Positions 9,197 to 18,578 of a stretch of 64,000 bases of DNA are shown here, piece after piece. Origin of the DNA: Candidatus Eiseniibacteriota bacterium (GTDB lineage Bacteria > Eisenbacteria > RBG-16-71-46 > JABDJR01); the NCBI GenBank assembly GCA_963762255.1, contig CAVXKA010000003.1, positions 288,001 to 352,000 on the forward strand, given 5' to 3'. The notes beneath the pieces are model-generated. The model made no database searches. It was not told the DNA's origin and saw only the letters and a program-made list of their open reading frames with translations. A program made the translations under genes and the position numbers. How positions within the stretch are numbered: the stretch's first letter is position 1; each line of letters begins with the position of its first letter.

Positions 9197-10231
9197 CTAC
9201 CGGTCACCCGCGCCCTCCACCCTCCGGATCATCGACTGCACGCTCGACCCCGCATTTATCGGAATGACCGTCACGTCCGGATGCTCACTGCGAAAGACGC
9301 GAAACACCTCATCTGCGAAGGCCTGGCCGATCATGTCGACGTCCGAGAAGTCCAGGATCACCGTCCGAAACCTGTCCACCCGGGCCATGAGCCGCTTCGC
9401 CTGGGACCGGGAAATGAGCTTCTCCGGGTCTTCCCTCGCCAGTCGCACCGGTACGACGGTCTTCGTGAACGCAAAGTCATCCTCCTCGGAGGCGAACCGC
9501 GCGAAGACTTCTCCAGTCGTTCGTTCGGTTCGATCCTGCAGTTCCATGAAGACCGACGTTCCCCGTTGTTCCTGATCCCGATCGAGGATCCAGTCTTCAT
9601 CCTCTTCGATGTGGTGCGAGAAATACACTCCTCCCGACAGAATGGCGAACCGGTCGAACATGCGGGACGCGAAGAAGATCCCCTCACCCGTGTGATGCGC
9701 CGGATCGGTCGTGAGCTTCCCTTTCGCAAGCTCCAGCAGCGCGTGCCTCTCGTCATCCAGCCCGTAGGCGTCCTTAATCTTGCGGAAGATGCCGACGCCG
9801 TCGTCGTGGAGAGAGATCTCGGTCGTCACTGCGGTACGTTTCAGCAAGACCATGATCTTGCCGCCGCTCGAGTGGTCGACGGCGTTGTTGACCATCTCGG
9901 TGAACCCGTAGCTCCAGATATCGAGCGCGTTCTGCGGCAAACCGTCCAGCTCCGGCAACACGCTGTAGCGCCAGAAGCGGTCTTCCTGAAGACCGATGAG
10001 CGCACTCTCGACCGAACGCTCTCTTAGGACCCTCAGCGAGTACCGCCGACTGCGCGTCCTCCCGGCCGCGTCGACGAGACCCTCTGCCACCAAGCGCTGC
10101 ATGTGCCGGCTGAGCGCTTGCCGCGAGATTCCGAACTCACGCGCCGTCGCCCCCATGGCACCGCTCGCATCCTCGTAGAGCTGCTGCAGCAGGAACTGCC
10201 GAATGTCGAGCTTAGGGCTCACTGATTTCAT
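9197..10231 (-). CDS. winged-HTH + HATPase_c + STAS-like (DUF4325) domain protein
   Basis: N-terminal HTH (FGISRQALSRHMQRLVAEG); GHKL boxes TEMVNNAVDHS, DDGVGI, GEGIF; C-terminal SRSQAKRL..VILDFSDVDMIGQAFADEVF. Confidence 0.85.
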   Translation of the reverse strand: MKSVSPKLDIRQFLLQQLYEDASGAMGATAREFGISRQALSRHMQRLVAEGLVDAAGRTRSRRYSLRVLRERSVESALIGLQEDRFWRYSVLPELDGLPQNALDIWSYGFTEMVNNAVDHSSGGKIMVLLKRTAVTTEISLHDDGVGIFRKIKDAYGLDDERHALLELAKGKLTTDPAHHTGEGIFFASRMFDRFAILSGGVYFSHHIEEDEDWILDRDQEQRGTSVFMELQDRTERTTGEVFARFASEEDDFAFTKTVVPVRLAREDPEKLISRSQAKRLMARVDRFRTVILDFSDVDMIGQAFADEVFRVFRSEHPDVTVIPINAGSSVQSMIRRVEGAGDR

Positions 10232-10248
10232 CCTCCGCGGGCCGGCGC

Positions 10249-10302
10249 ATTGTCAACTTGTCAGAGGTGTATTGTCAACTTTCAAGGATATCATTGTCAA
10301 CT
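10249..10302 (-). repeat. three exact ATTGTCAACT direct repeats with 22-bp period (operator/promoter array)
   Basis: Copies at 10249, 10271 and 10293. The minus-strand form AGTTGACAAT contains TTGACA. AT-rich patch directly upstream of the DUF4325 gene. Confidence 0.85.
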
Positions 10303-10449
10303 ATACGGATTACTGGTGTGGTATCTTATTGCTAATAAATACGTTACACTGGCGTTGGCCGAGACGATTATCACGCTCTGCCGCGGCGAGTTCAGCCGGA
10401 TGGACCGCCGCCGCGCCGCTGCGCGGCGCGGCGGCCGACAGACCAGCGG

Positions 10450-12351
10450 CTACTTCTTCTGCCGCGCCAGAATCCCCTCCATCTCGTCCATCACCGCGTT
10501 CATCTCCCGCATGGCCGCGCTGAACGGCGCCGGCGTGGTCATGTCCACCCCCGCGGCCTTCAGGAGATCGATCGGGTACTTGGACCCGCCGGAGGAGAGC
10601 ATCTCCAGGTACGCATCACGATTGCGCGTCGACTGCGTCTCCTGAGCCGCCTCGTCCTGGATGGAGTTGGCGATGGCGGTCGAGGCCACCAGGCTCGTCG
10701 CGTACTGGAAGACGTAGAAGTTGTAGAAGAAGTGGTTGATGTACGCCCACTCCACCCCGTACAGCTCGTCCACGTTGCACACGCCCTCGGCGTGCCCGTA
10801 GTACTGACGCACGAGATCCAGGTAGATCTTGTTGAGCACGTCGCCGGTCAAGGGCTCCCCGCGCTCGGCCGTCTCGTGGATCGCCAGCTCGAATTCCGCG
10901 AAGAGCACCTGGCGGAAGAGCGTCGTGCGCAGGTTCTCCAGGTAGTTCCCGAGCAGGAAGAGCCGCACGTCGTCGTCCTGCGTCTTGTCCAGCATGGAGT
11001 GGAAGAGCAGGTTCTCGTTCAGGGTCGATGCGACCTCGGCGACGAAGGTTGCGTAGTCGTAGGTCGGATAGGGCTGGTTCTTGGACGACAGGTACGAATG
11101 CATCGAGTGGCCCGACTCGTGGGCCAGCGTCGACACCTCGTCGTAGTTCCCCGTGAAGTTCAGGAGCTGATAGGGATGCACACCGTACGCGATGGTGCTG
11201 TAGGCGCCCGAACGCTTCCCGGTCGTGGGGATCCAGTCCACCCACCCTCCCGTGGTGAGGCCGTCGCCCAGTACCTTCGCGTACTCCGGACCCAGAGGCT
11301 TCACCGCGTTCACCGTGAGATCGATCGCCTGCTCCGGCGTGTAAGTCAGATTCACCTCGTTCACGATCGGCGCGTAGAGATCCTCGTATCCCAGATCGTC
11401 GAGCCCCATCATGCGCGCGCGCAGCTTCAGGTAGCGGTGCAACGTGGGCAGGTTCGCGTGCACGTCGGCGATGAGCTGCTTGTAGACCGTGGTCGGGATG
11501 TTGTCGTTGTAGAGCGCGGCCTCGAGGCACGAGTCGAACTTCCGGACGTTGCGCGTGAAGATGTGATTCTTCATCTGACCGTAGAGGGACGTGCCGAGCG
11601 TGCGCCGGAAGTCCTGATGCGCCTGCCAGAACGCCTTGAACACCTTGAGGCGATCCTCGCGATTGCCGGAGGCGCGGTACTGCGTGTAGGCCTGCGCGTC
11701 GAGCCGCACGCTCTGTCCGTCGGAGAGGGTCACCGTCGGATAGGGAATCTCGGCGTTGACGAACACGCCGCGAATGTCCCCCGGCGCGCCGGCCAGGCGT
11801 CCCGCCTGCGCCACGATCTTTTCCTCGTCGGCGTTCAGCGTGTGCGGCGCCCAGCGCACGAGGTTCTCGAGATAGGGCCGGTAGTCGGCGAGCCGGGGCT
11901 CGGCGGCGAGGTACCGCTCCATCTTCTCCTTGCCCAGAGCGATGATCTCGGGGCGGACGAACGAGGCGGCGGTGCGCAGCTTCTGCCCGACCTCATCCGC
12001 CTCCTGCTCCATCTCCTGGCTCCGGCCCACCCGGGTGTCCTCGTCGAAGTGCTGGCTGGCATAGGTGTAGACGCGCTCGAAACTCTGACCGAGCTGCATG
12101 TACGTGCTCAGCCCCTCGTAGAGGGTCTGCGCGGACTCGCCGAGCCGCCCTTCGAACTTGGAAATGAGCGGGACATCGGCGACCAGCTTCTCCTTGGCCG
12201 CCGTCCAATCCGCCTCGCTCTTGAAGAGCGCGGTGAGGTCCCACTTGTACTGCGCGGGAACCTCGGAGCGTTCGGCGGCGTGGACCAGCATGGGCACGAT
12301 CAGGAGAACGGCCAGGGAGATGAGAATCCGGCGTGGACGGTGAGCAAGCAT
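10450..12351 (-). CDS. pepF: oligoendopeptidase F (M3B) with N-terminal signal peptide
   Basis: KWDLTALF, GKRSGAYS, TLAHESGHSMH (HExxH), FVAEVAS, FYVFQYAT; hydrophobic leader ending VHA. Confidence 0.93.
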   Translation of the reverse strand: MLAHRPRRILISLAVLLIVPMLVHAAERSEVPAQYKWDLTALFKSEADWTAAKEKLVADVPLISKFEGRLGESAQTLYEGLSTYMQLGQSFERVYTYASQHFDEDTRVGRSQEMEQEADEVGQKLRTAASFVRPEIIALGKEKMERYLAAEPRLADYRPYLENLVRWAPHTLNADEEKIVAQAGRLAGAPGDIRGVFVNAEIPYPTVTLSDGQSVRLDAQAYTQYRASGNREDRLKVFKAFWQAHQDFRRTLGTSLYGQMKNHIFTRNVRKFDSCLEAALYNDNIPTTVYKQLIADVHANLPTLHRYLKLRARMMGLDDLGYEDLYAPIVNEVNLTYTPEQAIDLTVNAVKPLGPEYAKVLGDGLTTGGWVDWIPTTGKRSGAYSTIAYGVHPYQLLNFTGNYDEVSTLAHESGHSMHSYLSSKNQPYPTYDYATFVAEVASTLNENLLFHSMLDKTQDDDVRLFLLGNYLENLRTTLFRQVLFAEFELAIHETAERGEPLTGDVLNKIYLDLVRQYYGHAEGVCNVDELYGVEWAYINHFFYNFYVFQYATSLVASTAIANSIQDEAAQETQSTRNRDAYLEMLSSGGSKYPIDLLKAAGVDMTTPAPFSAAMREMNAVMDEMEGILARQKK

Positions 12352-12486
12352 GAGAATGCCTCCAGTGGAACGCGAAGCCGCGTCTGCCTTCCGGAGAAGC
12401 GGCGTGGAACGGATGTGACCCGGTGGGACTGGGGGGGGCGAACAGCAACGAAGGTCGGAGTATACCGCACTCGCGGCGAGACGGGG

Positions 12487-15144
12487 CTAGCCACCGGCGG
12501 AGGCTCCCGCCAGCATCCGCTCGAGCGCGGCACGCCCTTCGCGGAGCGCTTCCGGGATGCGCTCCGGGTCCTTGCCCCCCGCGGTGGCCAGTTGCGGGCG
12601 GCCTCCACCGCCTCCGCCGAGAACCTTGGCCGCCTCGCGGACCAGCACGTCCGCGCGCAGGCCGCGGGAAGCGACGAGGTCGTCTGTCACAAAGGCGAGC
12701 AGGAGCACCTTGCCCTCGGCGCGCGCCGCGAGAATGCCCGCCCCGCTCTTCATGCGATCGCGCAGCTTGTCCGCGGCTTCCCGTAACGCCTTGGCGTCGT
12801 CGGTCGGGAACTCCACGGCGAGGAACCGAACGCCTGCGACATCGACCGCCTGATCCAGGATGTCGCCGGAGGACTTGTTGAGCATCTCCGATCGGAGCCG
12901 CGAGACCTCCTTGCGGAGGCGGTCGTTCTCGTCGACCACCCCCTGCACGCGGGCCTCCGCGTCGCGGACGGATCCCGCCTTGACCGCGGCCGCCAGCCGG
13001 TGCACGAGATCGTCCTCCTCTCGGAGGTGCGCGACCGAATTCCAACCGGTGGCCGCCTCGACGCGGCGAATCCCGGCCGCCACCGATTCCTCCGAGACGA
13101 TTCGGAAGAGCCCGATCTCGCCGGTCCGCCGCACGTGGCAGCCGCCGCAGAGCTCGCGGCTCACGTCGCCCTCTTCCGTGACGACGAACACCTGCCGCAC
13201 CCGATCGCCGTACTTCTCACCGAACATGGCGGTGGCGCCCGCCCGGCGCGCCTCGTCCATGCTCGTCACCGTCTTGTTGACGGGGTAATCGGCGAGAATC
13301 GCGCGGTTCACGTCGTCCTCGACGGCGCGGATCTGCGCGGGGGTAAGCGATGAGAAGTGATTGAAGTCGAAGCGAAGGCGGTCGGGGGCCACCAGCGAAC
13401 CGGCCTGGGTCACGTGCGTGCCCACGTTCCGCTTGAGCGCGGCGTGCAGAAGATGGGTGGCGGTGTGGTTGCGCTCGGTGGCATGGCGCGACTCCGCGTC
13501 CACGACGGCGCGGTACGGGCCGGCGCCGAGATCGCCTCCGGATAGAACCCGGCCGCGATGCACGTGCAGTCCGTCCATCCGTCCCACGGCGACGACATCG
13601 AGCACGAACCCGTGATCGCCGGTCAGACGGCCGCGATCTCCCACCTGCCCGCCCCCCTCCGCATAGAACGGGGTGACGTCCAGGAGGAACTCCCAGTCCT
13701 CCCCACGACGCCGGCGGGCCACGACCTTCGACTCGGTCTGCAAGCGCTCATACCCCACGTACTCCGAGTGCGGCGCGCTCTGCTCGGCGAGCCACTCCCA
13801 AGGCACGTCCTCACCCTGCACGTGGTCGAACTGCGCCGCGGCGCGGGAGCGCTTCACCTGAAGCTCCATCTCCGACTTGAAGCCCGGCTCGTCCACTTCG
13901 AGGCCGCGCTCCTCCGCCATCTCCTGGGTCATGTCGAACGGGAACCCGAAGGTGTCGTAGAGCGTGAACGCGTCCTTCCCCGAGATCGTCTTCTCTCCCC
14001 GTCCACGGGTGCGCTCCACGACCTCTTCGAAGCGGCGCATGCCGGTCTCCAGGGTCTGCAGAAAACGCGTCTCCTCCTCACGGCACACCATGGCGATGCG
14101 GTCCCGGCTCCGGTCGAGTTCGGGATACTGCTTGTGCAGCAAGTCCACCACGACACTCGTGAGCTTGTAGAGGAACGGATCGCGGATGCCCAGCACGAGG
14201 CCTCGGCGGGCGGCCCGCCGCAGGATGCGCCGCGCCACGTAACCGGGTCCTTCGTTGGAGGGATAGACCCCTTCGTTGAAGAGCATGGTCACCGCGCGCG
14301 CGTGCTCGGCGATGACGTTGAGGGCGACGCGGCGCTCCGCGGTGTCGGCGTCGTCCGGCGCCAGGTCCATCGCCGCTTCGCGAAGCGGAATGAACTCGTC
14401 GGTCTCGAACACCGACTTCTTCCCCTGAAGGAGTTGGGCGAGCCGCTCCAGCCCCATGCCGGTATCGATCCCGGTTCGCGGGAGCGGCGTCTGCACACCG
14501 TTCTCGTCCTGGAAGAACTGCGGGAAGACGAGGTTCCAGAACTCCTGATAGCGGTCGCAGTCGCATCCCGGCTTGCAGTCGGGGGCACCGCAACCGAACT
14601 CCGCACCCAGATCCATGTAGATCTCGCTGCACGGGCCGCAAGCGCCGCTGGAGCCGGCCGGTCCCCAGAAGTTGTCCTTCTTGCCCAGCCGCACGATGCG
14701 TCCGGCGGGGAGCCCCACTTCGTTCTCCCAGATCGCCGCGGCCTCGTCGTCGTCGAGGTACACCGAGGCCCAGAGCTTCTCGGCGTCCATGTGGAGCACG
14801 TCGATCACGAACTCCCACGCCCAGTGGATGGCCTCGCGCTTGAAGTAGTCGCCGAAGGAGAAATTGCCGAGCATCTCGAAGAAGGTGAGGTGGCGCGGGG
14901 TGTGCCCCACGCGCTCGAGGTCCGTGACCCGGAAGCACTTCTGCACGGTGGTGGCGCGCGTGTACTCGAGGATCCCCGTCGCCGCGTACATGGACTTGAA
15001 TTGCACCATGCCCGCGGAGGTGAACAGGAGCGTCGAATCGCCGATCGGCACCAGCGGCGACGATGCCACGTGGCGGTGCCCCCGTTCGGTGAAGAACCGG
15101 ATGTACTCCTCGCGGATCTCTTGCGTCGTCAGTGCTCTGGCCAT
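12487..15144 (-). CDS. alaS: alanine--tRNA ligase
   Basis: LLFTSAGMVQFK, HLTFFEMLGNFSFGDYFK, GPCSEI, DTGMGLER, HTATHLLH, ELCGGCH, GGGGGR. Confidence 0.98.
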   Translation of the reverse strand: MARALTTQEIREEYIRFFTERGHRHVASSPLVPIGDSTLLFTSAGMVQFKSMYAATGILEYTRATTVQKCFRVTDLERVGHTPRHLTFFEMLGNFSFGDYFKREAIHWAWEFVIDVLHMDAEKLWASVYLDDDEAAAIWENEVGLPAGRIVRLGKKDNFWGPAGSSGACGPCSEIYMDLGAEFGCGAPDCKPGCDCDRYQEFWNLVFPQFFQDENGVQTPLPRTGIDTGMGLERLAQLLQGKKSVFETDEFIPLREAAMDLAPDDADTAERRVALNVIAEHARAVTMLFNEGVYPSNEGPGYVARRILRRAARRGLVLGIRDPFLYKLTSVVVDLLHKQYPELDRSRDRIAMVCREEETRFLQTLETGMRRFEEVVERTRGRGEKTISGKDAFTLYDTFGFPFDMTQEMAEERGLEVDEPGFKSEMELQVKRSRAAAQFDHVQGEDVPWEWLAEQSAPHSEYVGYERLQTESKVVARRRRGEDWEFLLDVTPFYAEGGGQVGDRGRLTGDHGFVLDVVAVGRMDGLHVHRGRVLSGGDLGAGPYRAVVDAESRHATERNHTATHLLHAALKRNVGTHVTQAGSLVAPDRLRFDFNHFSSLTPAQIRAVEDDVNRAILADYPVNKTVTSMDEARRAGATAMFGEKYGDRVRQVFVVTEEGDVSRELCGGCHVRRTGEIGLFRIVSEESVAAGIRRVEAATGWNSVAHLREEDDLVHRLAAAVKAGSVRDAEARVQGVVDENDRLRKEVSRLRSEMLNKSSGDILDQAVDVAGVRFLAVEFPTDDAKALREAADKLRDRMKSGAGILAARAEGKVLLLAFVTDDLVASRGLRADVLVREAAKVLGGGGGGRPQLATAGGKDPERIPEALREGRAALERMLAGASAGG

Positions 15145-15243
15145 GGGAACCTCGCCTGCAAATGGAAAACGCACGAGTATACCCGATGCCGGCGCGTGCG
15201 GGCAGGGCGAGGCGCCGGACAGCTCCGGCCGGAGCCGTGTCCT

Positions 15244-17009
15244 CTAGTACTGCTTGGGGAAGTAGAGGAGCGAGATACCGAGGCTGGACACGTCCGCGTT
15301 CGCGTCGGTGGCGCCCTGCGCCACAAGGTAGAAAGTCGCGAATCCCTTCTCCACCGGGTAGAGCCGCTGCGAGAAGAGCGGCGCGCACTGGCGCACACCG
15401 ATCATCCCGAGCACCCGGTAGTTCAGTCGGGCCAGGCTGTCGAGAGTCCCCCCTCCCTGGACACCGAGAACGAAAGCACCAGCTCGCTGCCCGAACTGAG
15501 CGCCTCGATGCACCCCTGGCCGCTGCCCACCGCAAGCACGTACCCGTCGGCGGGAATCGTGATCGTCCGACTGAGCACGGTGACGGCCGACGTGCTTAGA
15601 TTCTGCGGGAGCAGGCTACCGGCGTAGGTGGCTCCGGGCACGTCGTCGAAGTCGGACAGATGAAGCGCGCCGGGGGCGATGTCGGCGCCGGTGATGGAGC
15701 TGTCGCGGATGGTGCGGCTCGTCACCGCGCCCGTGGCCAGCACCATGCTGTCCACCGATGCGGGGGCCAGCGCGACGCGATGTACCGCGCCCGCCGCGAG
15801 GTCAGTCGATGCGATGCCGCCGGCCTTGACGTGTGTGGAGTCCACCGAGGCCGGCGCGAGCTGAGCCGATTCCACCGTGCCCGCGCTGATGCGATTCCCG
15901 GCCACGCTCCCGGCGATGAGCCGGTCTCCGCTCACGCTCGAGGGAGCGAGGTCGCTCCCGGTGAGCGAAGCGTCCTCAACATGAGCCCCGGTGACGGCAT
16001 CGAGCGGCAGGCGCTCGGCGGCAAGCGTGCCGGCAGTCAGCTCCGACGCATCCACGGTCTTGGTGTGATGCGCCGAGGGGTTGGCGGCGTGGGCGAGGAG
16101 CTCGTCCTCGCGCGCCAGACCGGCATGCGCTGCCGCGCTCGTGTCGTGGGCGGCGAGCTCGGCATCGAGCGCGTACTGCGGATGATCGTCGTCCTCGAGC
16201 CCGGTCAGGTCACCGTGATCGTCCACCCCTCCCCCGTTGTCGGTGTCGTCCGCAAACCCGGTGGGGACACCTACGAGGTTCTCCCAGTTGACCAGGTTCT
16301 TCCCGGTGTTGGGACCCGCGCCCGAGCTCTCAGCGAGATCGGCCTCGCGGGCATACTGCGGATGATCGTCGTCCCCGAGTCCGGTGAGCAGCCCGTGATC
16401 GTCGGCGCCGGCGTCCACGCCGTCCGCGATCCCCTCGGGAACGCCGTTGAGGTTGTTCCAGTGGAGACGATTCGACCCCTGGTTGGGAGGATTGCCGTCG
16501 TTGACCGAGAGCGCGGCCGCCGTGCCCTTGAGCTCGAACTCGTCGGCGCTCTTCCCGCCCAGTTTCTCCGCTTGCAGCGCGTAGGGAACGCTGGCCAGGC
16601 GCAGCCGCGGGCTCATCTCCTCTCCGCCGTTGACGAGAACGGTCAGGTAGCGCACGTCGGAGCTGAAGGCTTCGAACGGGAAGGTGACGAGGGATCCCAG
16701 GAGCACCGAGGCGACGCCGTCCCGGAGCTCGACCCCGGTATGGGTCTCGGTCCAGATGACCGTTCCCGCCGTCGCGGCATTGTAGAGACGGAACACGAGG
16801 TTCACCGGTCCGGCGAGCGGCGTGCCCGAGGTCTGCGTGAAGCGCCCCTGGTAGTTGATGACGATCGGGGCCGTGGCCGGCGCGGCGGCGATCGAGATCT
16901 CGGGAGGCGCGGTCCCGTCCGCCACTTCCGGCCTCGGCGCGTCCTCGGCGTGCGCCGGCAGGGCGAACAACATCGCGACCGCGAGCACTAGAGCGGAAAT
17001 CCTTGGCAT
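15244..17009 (-). CDS. secreted fibre-like repeat protein (YQG-type N-terminal domain); apparent frameshift in a G6 run near 15450
   Basis: Signal peptide, INYQGRFT domain, two DDHGxLTGLxDDDHPQY repeats and ~10-aa periodic repeats. One extra G joins the 15423..17009 frame to ...TLDSLARLN..LLYFPKQY* ending at 15244. Confidence 0.7.
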
Positions 17010-17054
17010 GGTCTTCGTACGTCCTCTCGGCCAGTCCGCGCGCAGAACGCGCGA

Positions 17055-18578
17055 TCAGTACGGCCGGCTGATCGTGTAGCTGACCCTCACCGCCAGGAGA
17101 CGCAGGTCTTCTCCCTGCGGCTCCTCCGGGAACACGGCGGTGAGCCAGTAGACGCGGTCCGCGTTGTCCACGCCGGTCTCGGCGATCGTCAGGTCAGGGG
17201 TGGTCGTCCACACAGGCCCCTGACCGCCGGTCTGCACGGACGCGAGCTTCGACGCCTCTCCGGTCCCCACGCGGGCGCGCCAGAGCGCGATCTCGGCGAA
17301 CCCCGCGCTGTTGTCCCAATAGGTGACGTTGAACCCGGCGATGGCGGTGATCGTCGCCCCCTGCGGAAGCTGCACCGGCGCGGTGAACTCGTTCTCCGCC
17401 CCCGCATTGTCGACGTCGTCGACGAAGATGTAGCCCAACCCGGCTCGAACGGTGTACTTCCCGGTCGGTGTGGCGGGGCGAAACGCGGCGCCCGCCACGA
17501 CGACGTGCCCGGTCTGCGCTTGAAACGTGGGCAGCGACTGGAGCACGAAGCGCGAGTCGTAAGCGCTCCCCGAGAAGTACGACGGCGCAAGCCCGACGGA
17601 CGAGCCGGCGATCTGCAGGCCGGCCCCCGGCACCACCGAGAGGGTGACGTCTCCGGAGATGCCGCCGCCGGTCAGTCCCCCTCCCGAGATCACGCCGGTG
17701 ATGTCCCCGGCGGGAAAGGCCAGGTCTTCCTGAAGGATGGTACGGTTGGCGATCTTGAGGCTGGTCACGGTGCTGTCGGCGAGGTCGTCCGCAGTGATGC
17801 TTGCGTTCTTGATGTCCACGCCGGTGAGGGTCGCGTCGCGAACGTCGGCGCTGCGCACGCTGTCGTCCAGGATGTTGTCGCCCGTGATCGTCTCGATCGC
17901 GATCTCGTTGCCGGTGAGCGCGCGCGTCTTGACGTGGCTTGCGTCGAGCGTGCGCGCGGCTAGATCCGCGCCGGTGAGCGTGCTGTCGATCACGTCCGAC
18001 CCGGTGATGGGATCGCCTCCGCCGCTCCCGCCGTCATCCAGGCCGTCGGCGAACCCCTCGGGCATTCCCGCCAGATTGTCCCAGTGCACCCGGTTCGAAC
18101 CCTCGTTGGGGGGCGTCCCGTCCGAGGCCGCGAGCGCGCCCGCGACCGCCGTCGCCGCGCCGGCGGCGTCGAAGTCCGCAGCGTCCATGCCGTCGAGCCG
18201 GTCCGCTTCCATGGCGAACGGCACCGAGGCCACGAGAAGCCTCGGCGTGAGCGCCTCGCCGTTCACGCGAATCTCCATGTAGCGCGCGGGCGCTGCGAAC
18301 GCCTGCTCGGGAAACGCGGTCGTGCCGCCGAGCAGCATCTCGGCCACGCCGTCGCGCAACGCCACGCCGCCGTGGGCCTCCGTCCAGATCGGCGTCCCGC
18401 CTGCGGGCTCCGCGTAGATGCGAAACTCGAGGTTCACCGTATCGGTGATCGGCGCGCCCGCGGTATCGGTGAAGCGTCCCTGATAGTGGATGAGGGTGGG
18501 CACCGAGGCCGCGTGCGCGGCCGTCGGGAGCGCAAGCAGCAGCGTGGCGGCCAGGATTCCTCGGAGCGCGTGTCTCAC
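17055..18578 (-). CDS. secreted fibre-like repeat protein, paralogue of 15244..17009
   Basis: Signal peptide (AAHA), IHYQGRFTD domain, shared DGxPPNxGSNRxHWxNLxGxPEGxADG motif, (I/L)TGxD-type repeats, GDITGV..GGGLTGGG..GDVTL, C-terminal APVQLPQGATIT domain. Confidence 0.78.
   Translation of the reverse strand: MRHALRGILAATLLLALPTAAHAASVPTLIHYQGRFTDTAGAPITDTVNLEFRIYAEPAGGTPIWTEAHGGVALRDGVAEMLLGGTTAFPEQAFAAPARYMEIRVNGEALTPRLLVASVPFAMEADRLDGMDAADFDAAGAATAVAGALAASDGTPPNEGSNRVHWDNLAGMPEGFADGLDDGGSGGGDPITGSDVIDSTLTGADLAARTLDASHVKTRALTGNEIAIETITGDNILDDSVRSADVRDATLTGVDIKNASITADDLADSTVTSLKIANRTILQEDLAFPAGDITGVISGGGLTGGGISGDVTLSVVPGAGLQIAGSSVGLAPSYFSGSAYDSRFVLQSLPTFQAQTGHVVVAGAAFRPATPTGKYTVRAGLGYIFVDDVDNAGAENEFTAPVQLPQGATITAIAGFNVTYWDNSAGFAEIALWRARVGTGEASKLASVQTGGQGPVWTTTPDLTIAETGVDNADRVYWLTAVFPEEPQGEDLRLLAVRVSYTISRPY

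Noticed and set aside
10249-10302. Mini-CRISPR array or plasmid iterons
   Set aside because: The repeats are 10 bp with 12-bp spacers, far too short for CRISPR, and there is no cas or rep gene nearby. An operator array fits better.
15244-18578. Prophage tail-fibre remnants
   Set aside because: Both proteins carry Sec-type signal peptides and no phage structural, lysis or integration genes flank them.
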